Positions 1 to 9,053 are shown, counted from the first letter of the stretch. The stretch: DNA of 64,000 nt from Patescibacteria group bacterium UBA1396 (GCA_002305195.1 DBQK01000008.1:98688-162687); one strand, 5' to 3'. The notes: generated by a model from the sequence alone, not told the origin. A program made the numbers and translations.

Positions 1-8
1 GTAGTTGG

Positions 9-587
9 TTGTGTAAATCTTGTCACTCACATTTAACCTGGATTGACTCTCAGATTGATTGGTGGAGTCTTATTAATCTTGATGCCGGTGTTGCCAAAAT
101 TTGGTCGGCAACAGAGTATGTAGATTTAGCCAAAGAGATTGTGGTTCGAGTGAAGTACCAACGGCAATTTGCCTTGTGCCAACTACAAGCAAAAATTATG
201 ATGCTTGCCTATGGCAAATATATTCAAGAGGCAGGAATTGATTGGTTGGTTCCAATTCCGATTACAACCGCTCGTCAACGCTGGCGTGGTTTTAATCAGG
301 CTGCGCTGATTGCTAAACATTTATCAAACTATACCAACATTTCATACAATCTCAAGGCACTGCGCCGCTTAGATCACGGGACAGCACATGCCAAAAAGAA
401 CCGGCAGCAAAGACAAGCTGAGTTACCGATGTTTGAGGCAAATCCTGTAGTTTGTCAAGGTAAAACGATTTGTCTAATTGATGATGTGGTCACAACAGGT
501 TCAACCTTAAAGACTGCGGCTGGCGCCTGCCGCCAGGCAGGCGCCAGCCAAATCTTTGCTGCAACTTTTGCGGCTACAATTGGGTAA
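9..587 (+). CDS. ComF-family phosphoribosyltransferase (ComFC-like competence protein); reading frame runs to window edge, probably 5'-truncated
   Basis: C-terminal PRTase motif 'LIDDVVTTGSTL', N-terminal Cys/His-rich segment 'CKSCHSH'; ORF opens with TTG at 9 and frame is open to position 1. Confidence 0.6.
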   Translation: MCKSCHSHLTWIDSQIDWWSLINLDAGVAKIWSATEYVDLAKEIVVRVKYQRQFALCQLQAKIMMLAYGKYIQEAGIDWLVPIPITTARQRWRGFNQAALIAKHLSNYTNISYNLKALRRLDHGTAHAKKNRQQRQAELPMFEANPVVCQGKTICLIDDVVTTGSTLKTAAGACRQAGASQIFAATFAATIG

Positions 588-617
588 GAGCTTTTAGGAA
601 AAATCGAAAATAGTTTT

Positions 618-938
618 TTACCGTTGAGTAGAAGTAGAACTTGTATTATGAAGCTGACTGGTATCAATGCCTAGTTCTAACAATTGTTTTTCAATATTTC
701 TCAATTTTCTATCAGCAGAGGCTATCAAACCACGATAACCATTGCATTGATGACAAGTAGTGGGTAAGACTAAAGTACCCTCAACAATATGCCACTTTTT
801 AACATGTTCATTTAAATAAGCGTTATTTCTGTCCAACATATCTTTAAAAAAGAAATATCTTTCCACAAGTTTGGCTTCAGTTGACCTATACTCAGATACA
901 TCATCATGTTTTTTAGAAAACTCACCCATTGGTAACAT
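618..938 (-). CDS. hypothetical small protein with Cys/His cluster (CHQCNGYRG), possible zinc-binding/HNH-like
   Basis: 106-aa ORF; no clear family recognised; sits at left edge of putative island. Confidence 0.3.
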   Translation of the reverse strand: MLPMGEFSKKHDDVSEYRSTEAKLVERYFFFKDMLDRNNAYLNEHVKKWHIVEGTLVLPTTCHQCNGYRGLIASADRKLRNIEKQLLELGIDTSQLHNTSSTSTQR

Positions 939-1174
939 AGTAAATAATTATATAGCAACTACTTGATAATTTATTGAGTTATAAGAAAATTTTCAAAAAA
1001 AACTTTGGTGGAGATGTCGTCCGAAAAGTGGAACCACTTGATTGAATGGATTGCGACTTGGGGGGAACAACTATCTACCTGTTGGATTTTTTCTCAGGGA
1101 GAAGCGTTTCAATATACCTAACACCACATCCCATCTTATGAACATATGAAGATAATCATATAAAATAAGAGGTA

Positions 1175-2233
1175 ATGCAAAAATTACCATTTGTATATAC
1201 AAATTATCAATCGCAAAAAGTCATCAGGCAAACAAAAACATTCTTAGAGACTGAAAATAATATTCAAGAATCGTTAACAAATATTGCTTGGGCGTATCAC
1301 AGTATTTGGAAGATCATCCCACAAACCTATGAAAATTTATTTTCTGGACATTCATTTCCATATCAGGACTCCTGGGATGAAATACAGGTATCTTATTTAC
1401 TAGCTGAGCAGGGTTTGTACAAGCAGGCCTTTGTGTCTCTGAGGTTGGCATTAGAGCTGGGTTTACTCTCAGTGTATTTCAATATTAACGATGACGGCCA
1501 TCTTGTAGTTCAAGACTGGTTGCGATCCAAAGACAGTTGGGAGGCTAATACTCCTAGGACAGATAAAATATGGGAGATTCTTAAGTCCAATGCAAACATT
1601 GCTGAGTTTGATGAACTAGTGGGTTTTAGAGATTACTATGATGAAATTACATACCTTCATAATTTTGTCCATACTAAAGGTTATAAGTTCTCAAATCGGG
1701 TGGGACTATTTAAAAGTAATTTTCAAACATTTGAAAGCTCGCAGTTGCTAAAATGGAAAAACCTTTTTTATAAAGTTGCTGTTGTTGTGATTACAGCACA
1801 TTTACTTAAGTATCCAATCGGAGCTATTAAATACAACTGGCATAGAAAGACTGGCATAGATAATCCGTTCCCAGTATTGCTTAGCTCAGAAATTGATCTT
1901 ATTTCGAAAATATTGCCTAGAAACTTTTTTGATGAAATAGAAAAAATAGCTCAGAAAGACAACTTTACTCAGGATTTGCTTAATCATGTTAAAAATATGC
2001 CAGATATTAGTGAGGAAGAAATTGAGCAACAAGCAATAGAGCTTGAAAAGTTAGATATTGAATCAGGAAAAGGTTTCTTGCAATGGGAGAAGGAGCACCG
2101 AAAATTATATGAAAGGCATGAGCTTAGTGATCCTGAAAGAGAAAACCTGGAGAAAAGAATTAGGATTCTTAGGAAATGGGCAGAAGAAAATGATTTGATG
2201 GAATCAAAGATTAAACATGCCAAAAACACTTAA
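1175..2233 (+). CDS. hypothetical protein (352 aa), island cargo, charged coiled-coil C-terminus
   Basis: Long ORF with RBS-like 'aagagg' upstream; overlaps next ORF by 17 nt (operon); no recognisable domain. Confidence 0.5.
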   Translation: MQKLPFVYTNYQSQKVIRQTKTFLETENNIQESLTNIAWAYHSIWKIIPQTYENLFSGHSFPYQDSWDEIQVSYLLAEQGLYKQAFVSLRLALELGLLSVYFNINDDGHLVVQDWLRSKDSWEANTPRTDKIWEILKSNANIAEFDELVGFRDYYDEITYLHNFVHTKGYKFSNRVGLFKSNFQTFESSQLLKWKNLFYKVAVVVITAHLLKYPIGAIKYNWHRKTGIDNPFPVLLSSEIDLISKILPRNFFDEIEKIAQKDNFTQDLLNHVKNMPDISEEEIEQQAIELEKLDIESGKGFLQWEKEHRKLYERHELSDPERENLEKRIRILRKWAEENDLMESKIKHAKNT

Positions 2234-3074
2234 ACGCTCAAAAAAATCACAAGAACTTTTAGAGATTCTTGCTGAAATGATGAACTCTAGCATTAATGCA
2301 CTTAATGATGCTGAAGTTCAAATGAGTAAACTAAACTTAAAGCAGACTTATTTACTTCTCATGTTTGGAGTTGTAAATAGTTACGCAGAAGCAGTATTCG
2401 AATTGTGCAAGCAGTACAGGCCAAGGCCTACAATGGTCTTGTTAAGATCTATTCTTGAAGTCTGGATCAACTCTGCATACTTCTTAAGTCACAATAGCGA
2501 TAATCGCCTATATGGGCTCATGATGCATGACAGTTTTTCAAAATTGGGTCTAGTTGAAGAGATGGATGTTTTTGCTAGAAAGTATCCATGGATAATTGAA
2601 GGATCTGTTATAACCCCAGAAACTATTTCTGAAATGAGAAGTAAGGTTGATGAGGAGTTAGAAATATATAGAAAACGGGGATTAATTTTTGGAAAGAAAA
2701 AGGATCTTGAAGCTTCTACCTTTTTTGAGAAAAGCCTGATTGAAAGGGCTAGAATAGCGGACAGACGCTACAGAGGATCTGATTCCAGCAAACCTGGTCA
2801 TCCATTTGAATATCAATATTTAATTGTATACAGGTATCTTTCTGACTTTAGCCACGTAAGCCTGACAGGTACAAATAATTTCATTGTAAAAACTGAGGAA
2901 GGATATGACCTCCTAGCAAGTCAATCAAATGATGGTGTTGAAATGGAACTGGTTACTTTGTATGTTTTTTATCTATCGTTTCTCAATAAATTAAAGCAGT
3001 ACAAAATCGTCTCCGTACCTGAGCTATCAAGATTCAACAAATTTTTTAATCAAAATTTAGTTAGTAAGAAGTAA
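2217..3074 (+). CDS. hypothetical protein (285 aa), translationally coupled to upstream gene
   Basis: ORF overlaps the 352-aa gene stop; stop codon abuts the stop of the convergent OLD-family gene. Confidence 0.5.
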   Translation: MPKTLKRSKKSQELLEILAEMMNSSINALNDAEVQMSKLNLKQTYLLLMFGVVNSYAEAVFELCKQYRPRPTMVLLRSILEVWINSAYFLSHNSDNRLYGLMMHDSFSKLGLVEEMDVFARKYPWIIEGSVITPETISEMRSKVDEELEIYRKRGLIFGKKKDLEASTFFEKSLIERARIADRRYRGSDSSKPGHPFEYQYLIVYRYLSDFSHVSLTGTNNFIVKTEEGYDLLASQSNDGVEMELVTLYVFYLSFLNKLKQYKIVSVPELSRFNKFFNQNLVSKK

Positions 3075-4799
3075 TTAAAAAACCAGCCCATCTTCTTCGT
3101 CTACCTCTATAGATTCTGGCTTTTTAAGTACACTTTCAACATTTTCTGTAGAAAGTAATTTAATTTTCTCAGTGATTTCCTCGACCCATTCAGGAACAGG
3201 GAGACTCTCCTCAGAATATCTTTTCTTAAACTCAATAAAAAGATCACGCCCTTTTTTGTTAGTTTGAAAACCAATGTTTTCGTTTAATGTGTATTCAAAA
3301 CCCAAGTAATTCTCAGTCACTTTACCGTCAGGATAATCTTCACTTTCATCTCTGAATAATTCCATTATCACTTTATTTTTCTTGATATTATCTATTCCCT
3401 TACCTGATCCTTCTAGATGTTTGTCGCCATCAAAAATGACATAGCAAGGTATGCCAAATTCTGTGTACAAACGATAAAACCTATCAATTTCGTCTTTGTT
3501 TCCACAACGAACAATACTAATGCCTTCTTTCAAATAGTCAAAATTTACCGCTTCAAAAAGGAATGGCAAAAGCATTGACTCAGATTGCCCTTCAACAAGA
3601 ATAATTTTGTTTGCAAAAAAAGCCTCATTAGCTCTCTGAGAATCTCCAGTCTGTTCATAGGCAGTCTGGTGATAAAGCATAATCTCTTCATTACTTGAGT
3701 TAATACCAGTTCTATATAAAAGGTCTAGTCTGAAACTGTCAGGCTTAGCAAAATATAAATGAGTACCCTTCTCCTTATTTTTTCTTACTAAGAAAATTTC
3801 GTTAAACCTGGAAGTCGAGAGAAATTTCTCTGAGTGGGTTGTGTAGAAAATTTGCGTACCTTCTCTTACTAGCTCACCACCCTCGTTATATTTGTCTTCT
3901 GAAATTTCCTGCAAAACTCTATAAAAGTTATTCTGTGCTTGTGGATGAAGAAAAAGTTCTGGCTCATCTATAAATATTGGGCTATTATTGGATAAGTTTA
4001 ATTGAGAATAAGCTTGCAAGATTGCAACACTTATAGAAGCCTGAACCCCCATTCCTAAGTCTGAGGCTTGGAATTCTAAGTCCATATCTGACTCGTTTAC
4101 AATTAACTGCAGGGTTCTGTAAAAATTCCATGGATCGTATAGGCTTAAGTCGACCTTGAAATCCGTAATTGGTCTATTTAACTGTCTAGCACTTTCTTCC
4201 TGTAATATCTGGAGAAACCTCTGCATAATGTTTTGACCACTTTGATCAGTAACACTAAATAGAAGTCTATCTCTGATAACAGACAACCATTGAATTAGCC
4301 ATTCCGTCTTAGGTCTACTTTGCCCTTTATGTGTGTATTCTTCTTCAAGAAATTGCTTATTTACTTCATGTAGAATTCTCCCAATTAGTGACCATTTATT
4401 TGAAGGAAGATAATCTAAAATCTTTCTATCAGTTCCCAAGTAAGCACACATATATAAGTCTCTTGTCTCTTGATTGCAATAATCACCCCCGTTCATGTTC
4501 AATCCAGATTTCAACCTCCCAGCGTAATCATGCCATTCTTCTGCGAGTTCTAAGCAATTACCATCATCAAAATATAGTTGAATTTTTATTTTATTATTCT
4601 CATCACCCATGAAGTGATCATTTTTTGTTACAGAATTAAATGATGGCCCAGTTGGACCAAGAAGCCAATTTATCGCATCAAAAATGTTACTTTTGCCAGT
4701 ACTGTTTGCACCAATGAAAGCATTTAGTTTAGGACTTAAAGAGACATCCAGGTGTTTAATACTCTTGTAGTTGTCAATAACTATTCTATTTATCTTCAT
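3075..4799 (-). CDS. OLD-family ATP-dependent endonuclease (ABC-ATPase N-domain + TOPRIM C-domain; GajA/P2-Old-like, class-1 architecture)
   Basis: Walker A 'GANSTGKSN', Walker B 'IFIDEPELFLHP', H-loop 'YTTHS', C-terminal TOPRIM 'KIILVEGQSE...VIFDGDK'. Confidence 0.75.
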   Translation of the reverse strand: MKINRIVIDNYKSIKHLDVSLSPKLNAFIGANSTGKSNIFDAINWLLGPTGPSFNSVTKNDHFMGDENNKIKIQLYFDDGNCLELAEEWHDYAGRLKSGLNMNGGDYCNQETRDLYMCAYLGTDRKILDYLPSNKWSLIGRILHEVNKQFLEEEYTHKGQSRPKTEWLIQWLSVIRDRLLFSVTDQSGQNIMQRFLQILQEESARQLNRPITDFKVDLSLYDPWNFYRTLQLIVNESDMDLEFQASDLGMGVQASISVAILQAYSQLNLSNNSPIFIDEPELFLHPQAQNNFYRVLQEISEDKYNEGGELVREGTQIFYTTHSEKFLSTSRFNEIFLVRKNKEKGTHLYFAKPDSFRLDLLYRTGINSSNEEIMLYHQTAYEQTGDSQRANEAFFANKIILVEGQSESMLLPFLFEAVNFDYLKEGISIVRCGNKDEIDRFYRLYTEFGIPCYVIFDGDKHLEGSGKGIDNIKKNKVIMELFRDESEDYPDGKVTENYLGFEYTLNENIGFQTNKKGRDLFIEFKKRYSEESLPVPEWVEEITEKIKLLSTENVESVLKKPESIEVDEEDGLVF

Positions 4800-4880
4800 T
4801 CAACAAGAATTATATCAAGATAAGTTATTTTTTGATTATTAGATATGTGAGATTTCTATAGATCTGATAGAATCAAATCA

Positions 4881-4970
4881 GAGTCCGCTACCAAAAGACT
4901 TTAAATATCACGTCCAACGGTCGTTAAGAGGGGCAACTCTCGTTGACGGTTGGACGTTGGTAGCGGACTT
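4881..4970. repeat. 90-nt imperfect inverted repeat / long hairpin in the divergent intergenic region between OLD-family gene and 5039 gene
   Basis: Outer arms gagtccgctaccaa (4881-4894) / ttggtagcggactt (4957-4970); inner arms cgtccaacggtcg (4911-4923) / tgacggttggacg (4944-4956) with one mismatch. Confidence 0.45.
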
Positions 4971-5038
4971 CCTGAGAGGGTTGTCCCTTTTTGTAGGTCA
5001 ATCTTCCCAGAGTACAAAATAATAAAGAAAGGCTTTTT

Positions 5039-5482
5039 ATGAAAGTCAAGAAATGGGGAGAACTAACCCTTGTTCAAAAAATTATTGGTTCAGTGGGTAC
5101 AGTGTTCTTGCTACTCATATTGCTAGGTATTTTCTTGCCAGGTGAAGCACCTCAATCTGAGGAATCCACCGAATCTATTCAAGTAGATGAGACTAACAAA
5201 AAGTATGACTTGAAAGGTCGAGCCATTAGTGAAGAGCTCAAAGTTGGCGTTGAAAACCAAAATGACTTTGATTGGAATGACTGCAGGATCACTCTAAATG
5301 ATGACTATCATTATGAAATGGATTTACCAATCCAAGCTGGTGGGACATATGATTGGGGCTATGCAGCGTTCACCAAAGATAATGGTGAGAAATTTAACCC
5401 TAGCACTCATGAAGCAAAGAGAATCTTTGTTTACTGTAAAGATCCCAATGGTGACTTTATTAGTGGTATGTGGGAGTGGTAA
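5039..5482 (+). CDS. small membrane-anchored/secreted hypothetical protein
   Basis: N-terminal hydrophobic segment 'IIGSVGTVFLLLILLGIFL'; RBS-like 'aaagaaagg' upstream. Confidence 0.45.
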   Translation: MKVKKWGELTLVQKIIGSVGTVFLLLILLGIFLPGEAPQSEESTESIQVDETNKKYDLKGRAISEELKVGVENQNDFDWNDCRITLNDDYHYEMDLPIQAGGTYDWGYAAFTKDNGEKFNPSTHEAKRIFVYCKDPNGDFISGMWEW

Positions 5483-5535
5483 TTATTTCAATTAACCATC
5501 GCCAATAAATCACTTATTGACTAAAATTTACACTC

Positions 5536-6372
5536 ATGTATATTTTAATTATGAGTGTAAATAGTCATCAGTTATCTAGCATGGCAAAGTATGTCATCAC
5601 AAGAGGTGTGGATTTTGACGAAGCTTATGTTGACTTTTGTGAAAGCGATACTCTTCATATTCTCCAGCAAAAAAGATATACAGTGAGTGAGACGGGCGTC
5701 TCATCAAGAGTAATTAACCATTGGAGTGGTTTAGGTCTTTTGCATGATTCAAATAAAAAAGAAGGTAAATGGCGTAAGCTAAGTATTACTGAAGCAATTT
5801 GGGTACGTATTATTGAAGAACTAAGATTATTTAATGTTTCATTGGATCAAGTTAAAAGTGTTCGACAATGGCTTTTCTATACATCCATCGATGGAAGAAT
5901 AAGGACTCGATACTTTGATTATTTCAATAATCTTGCGTTTCTTGGTAATAGTGTTTTTATTGTAGTTTTTGCTGACGGTTTTGCCCAATTTTGCTTAGAG
6001 AATGAGTATAGGGAATTCCAGAAAATCAGGGGTAACTACCCATCTCACATTTTGCTTAATCTTAATGAAATTATTCAGTCTATTTATCCAAATCTTAATT
6101 TGAAAACAATCGTCCCCAAATTCGAAGCAGTTTCCAAGCAAGAACTCTCTCTATTAAAGGAGATTAGAAGTGGAAGTTTTGATGCAATTCGGGTTCGATT
6201 CAATGATGGACAACCTGTACTGATTGAGCTCGAGAAAACTGAAAACATAGAAAAAAAGCTCTTTGACATTATTCAAGAAGATAAGTACCAAAAAATTGAA
6301 CTTCTTGAAATAAATGGAGGAATAAAAAGAATAAAGAGAACTATTCAAAAAAAATTGGATGATTCTCTGTAA
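5536..6372 (+). CDS. MerR/Xis-type helix-turn-helix protein (possible excisionase-like regulator); real start may be 5581
   Basis: 'YTVSETGVSSRVINHWSGLGLL' resembles MerR/excisionase HTH; rest unknown. Confidence 0.4.
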   Translation: MYILIMSVNSHQLSSMAKYVITRGVDFDEAYVDFCESDTLHILQQKRYTVSETGVSSRVINHWSGLGLLHDSNKKEGKWRKLSITEAIWVRIIEELRLFNVSLDQVKSVRQWLFYTSIDGRIRTRYFDYFNNLAFLGNSVFIVVFADGFAQFCLENEYREFQKIRGNYPSHILLNLNEIIQSIYPNLNLKTIVPKFEAVSKQELSLLKEIRSGSFDAIRVRFNDGQPVLIELEKTENIEKKLFDIIQEDKYQKIELLEINGGIKRIKRTIQKKLDDSL

Positions 6373-6577
6373 ACGGCATGACACACAGTCAGCTATATAT
6401 TGACATAAATTGAGTACTATTGCACACAGCAACGTATCTCTTAAAAGGAGATCTGGCTGTGCTGTCAGTAGAAGAGTGCAAAAAGCACTTAAAAAATAAA
6501 AACCTATCCGATGACCAAGTTGAGGCCATTAGGAACTTAATTTATAAAATTGCCGAATGCATTGTGAGGAGCGAATT

Positions 6578-7051
6578 ATGTCTACAAGAAAACAAATAAA
6601 AGCTAATAAAATCAATGGATTAAAAGGTGGAGTAAAAACTAGTGATGGGAAAAAAAGAATTCGTTTTAACGCTGTTAAGCATGGCATCCTGGGAAAATTC
6701 ATTACTGAATATGATTCTGTTGATAGCAAAGAAATACTTGCTCTTTTTCAAGGAGAATTTTCACCACAAGGTATCATTGAGCACATACTTGTTGAGCAAT
6801 TAGCTTTACTTTATTTAAGAATGTGTAGAGCGGCTAGGGCAGAAGCCGAATTCATTGAGTCACAATTTCACAATGGCTTTATTAAGCTTGATTTCTCTGA
6901 TCACGAACCAAAAATCAGTATTGATGCGATGACAAAATGCTCTGAATTATATGCTCGTTATGAAACAAATTTAGAAAACAGATTTTTTAAAACTTTAGAA
7001 AAGCTTCAAACCCCTCAAGATGGGTTTGTTTCGCAGAAAGGACAAGTATGA
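6578..7051 (+). CDS. hypothetical protein, translationally coupled to serine recombinase gene
   Basis: AGGAG RBS 7 nt before ATG at 6578; stop overlaps recombinase start (ATGA). Confidence 0.4.
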   Translation: MSTRKQIKANKINGLKGGVKTSDGKKRIRFNAVKHGILGKFITEYDSVDSKEILALFQGEFSPQGIIEHILVEQLALLYLRMCRAARAEAEFIESQFHNGFIKLDFSDHEPKISIDAMTKCSELYARYETNLENRFFKTLEKLQTPQDGFVSQKGQV

Positions 7052-8631
7052 CAAACAAACAATATGTGAAAAGTTGCTTAATATATTGTCGAGTCTCCTC
7101 CAAAAGACAGGTAGAAGAAGGTAATGGTTTAGGCAGTCAGGAGAAAAGGTGCAGAAACTATGCTTTCTCCAAAGGCTATAAGGTTGAAAAAGTATTTGAA
7201 GAAAAAGGCGTGTCAGGTGCATTGTTCGATCGTCCAGCCATGAAAGAATTGATCTCTTTTTTGGATAAGAATGCTCACAAAGAATACGTAATTATTTTTG
7301 ATGACTTGAAAAGATTTGCAAGAGATTACTCCGTGCATTTGAAATTAAAAATGGAATTAGTTGAGGCCAGAGGAGCAACCCTTGAATGTCTCAATTTTAA
7401 TTTTGAGAATACACCAGAGGGAGAATTTGTAGAGGGCATCTTAGCTCTACAAGGTGAACTAGAGAGAAAACAAAATAGAAGGCAGGTTATTCAAAAGCAA
7501 AAGGCACGATTGGAAAGAGGTTTCTGGCCTTTTTGTCCTCCTCCTCAATTCAAACATATTAAATCAAAGCAACATGGAAAGATTTTAGTATCAAGAGAAC
7601 CAATGGCTTCAATTTCTAAGGAGGCGCTAGAACGGTATGCCAAGAACTTACTAAACACACAACATGAGGTGAAAGATTTTCTGAATGAAGAATACAAAAA
7701 ACATGGTTTAGATAGGAGAATTTCTATTCATGGGGTGCAAAAGCTTCTCTCTACTCCATTAAACGCAGGTTATGTTGAGTATAAACCGTGGGAAATTTCC
7801 TTATCTGAGGGGCAACACGAGGGAATTATTAGTATAGATATTCACCACGTTATTCAGGATAAGTTGGCAGGAAGATCAAAACCTAAGTTTAACAAAAGTT
7901 GTTCGACTGATTTTCCTCTCAGGAGATTCGTTACTTGTAGCAAGTGCGGTAGTAAATTACGTGCTAGTTGGAATACAGGCAATGGAGGTAAGTACCCTAA
8001 CTATTGGTGTCAAAATAAGGATTGTGAATATAGATATAAGGTAACCAAAGCGTGGGATATACATACAAAGTTTGAGGCTGTATTAAAACACTCCAAAGCC
8101 ACTAAAGGAGCTAGAAGCCTAGCGACTGCCATTTTCAACGATGTTTGGGAAACAGAAAAACAAAGAGAGCTAAAAAATATATCTAGTTTGAAAGATAGGA
8201 TGTTGGAAATTGATAAGGAGCTAGAAACGCTGGCAAAAAGGTCATCTCAGGCTTCCAGTGAAAAAGTTGTCAGTGTGTACGAACAATTAATAGAGAAGCT
8301 CTCTAATGAGAGAGATCATATTGGCTCGGGTGATGAAAAACCAAAATTAACTGAAAATAAATTTGGAACTTGCTTAAACCGTGTCTATGACACACTAGAA
8401 AATCCGCTTTTACTCTGGCACAGTGATAATTTAGAAGACCAAAGAACGGTTCTTTATATGTATTTTGAAAATGGATTAGACTTCGATTATAAAAAAGGTT
8501 TTGGAACCTACAAATTTAGCGAAGCCATCAATCTTTTACGGGATCCAGCCAACGCTGAATTCCCAAATGTGGAGATGTCGGGCAATGAACCCGAGTCCGA
8601 AAAAGATCATCAACTAGGACTACGCGTGTAG
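7048..8631 (+). CDS. large serine recombinase/integrase (resolvase N-domain + recombinase domain + zinc ribbon + coiled coil)
   Basis: Catalytic-serine motif 'CLIYCRVSSKRQ', Cys cluster 'CSKCGSK...YWCQNKDC'. Confidence 0.8.
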   Translation: MTNKQYVKSCLIYCRVSSKRQVEEGNGLGSQEKRCRNYAFSKGYKVEKVFEEKGVSGALFDRPAMKELISFLDKNAHKEYVIIFDDLKRFARDYSVHLKLKMELVEARGATLECLNFNFENTPEGEFVEGILALQGELERKQNRRQVIQKQKARLERGFWPFCPPPQFKHIKSKQHGKILVSREPMASISKEALERYAKNLLNTQHEVKDFLNEEYKKHGLDRRISIHGVQKLLSTPLNAGYVEYKPWEISLSEGQHEGIISIDIHHVIQDKLAGRSKPKFNKSCSTDFPLRRFVTCSKCGSKLRASWNTGNGGKYPNYWCQNKDCEYRYKVTKAWDIHTKFEAVLKHSKATKGARSLATAIFNDVWETEKQRELKNISSLKDRMLEIDKELETLAKRSSQASSEKVVSVYEQLIEKLSNERDHIGSGDEKPKLTENKFGTCLNRVYDTLENPLLLWHSDNLEDQRTVLYMYFENGLDFDYKKGFGTYKFSEAINLLRDPANAEFPNVEMSGNEPESEKDHQLGLRV

Positions 8632-9053
8632 TTTCGCTTTTAGCTTAAACAGGTGGTGGAAAACGGACCAACCATTCACCTGCGCTGACGAAAAAACTTA
8701 GTTTCAGCTGGTCGCCAAGCCAGACTAAAACGCACATAAGCTGGGTTTATGCCCCACCACCTGCGCTTATGGTACAAAGCGGTGGGACACCAGTGTTGCT
8801 AATTAAGCAACGGCTGGCACCACGTTGGAGCCGCCGAACACAAAGTTGGCGAGCTTCTTCATGGCGTTGTCAAGTTTGTTGACATTTATGATTTTCACTG
8901 ATTACGTCAGTGATTCGACGCGCCCTTGTTCACGAACATTTCCCGTCAAAACGATACATCCCCATTTGACAGAAATTGTTGTTTTATCGGTTAAACTCGA
9001 TTAGCAACTCGGTAATTATAGCAATTTCTAGGCAAAATCGCTACACTTAATCT
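8632..9053. other. anomalous GC-rich (~50-55%) non-coding segment with long-range complementary 10-mers and a hairpin; possible att site remnant, ncRNA or foreign DNA fragment
   Basis: caggtggtgg (8650-8659) vs ccaccacctg (~8755-8764); direct repeat 'cacctgcgct' x2; hairpin tcactga-ttacg-tcagtga; 19-codon GC-rich mini-ORF on minus strand; TTGACA at ~8977. Confidence 0.3.

Larger units (their letters stand above)
618..8631. mobile_element. putative integrated island bounded on the right by a large serine recombinase; carries OLD-family nuclease and unknown cargo (boundaries approximate)
   Basis: Recombinase at one end, cluster of family-less genes in mixed orientation, flanked by housekeeping comFC-like gene (left) and glycosylation genes (right). 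Confidence 0.4.

Noticed and set aside
455-667. Antisense/overlapping small ORFs from the six-frame track (e.g. 455-667, 1984-2229, 4331-4612, 9416-9736, 14573-14895, 20063-20467, 24027-24842, 28266-28565, 35799-36056, 36268-36555, 49416-49781)
   Set aside because: Each is embedded antisense or out of frame within a longer, well-supported CDS and lacks start context; treated as spurious.
8632-9053. tmRNA or tRNA gene in the GC-rich segment (a 'GAUUCGACG' stretch resembles the tmRNA 5' consensus GGAUUCGACGGG)
   Set aside because: No tRNA-like acceptor/T-arm, no plausible tag reading frame ending in ...AA-stop, and there is no room for a ~350-nt tmRNA before the CDS at 9054; kept only as an unexplained structured/foreign segment.
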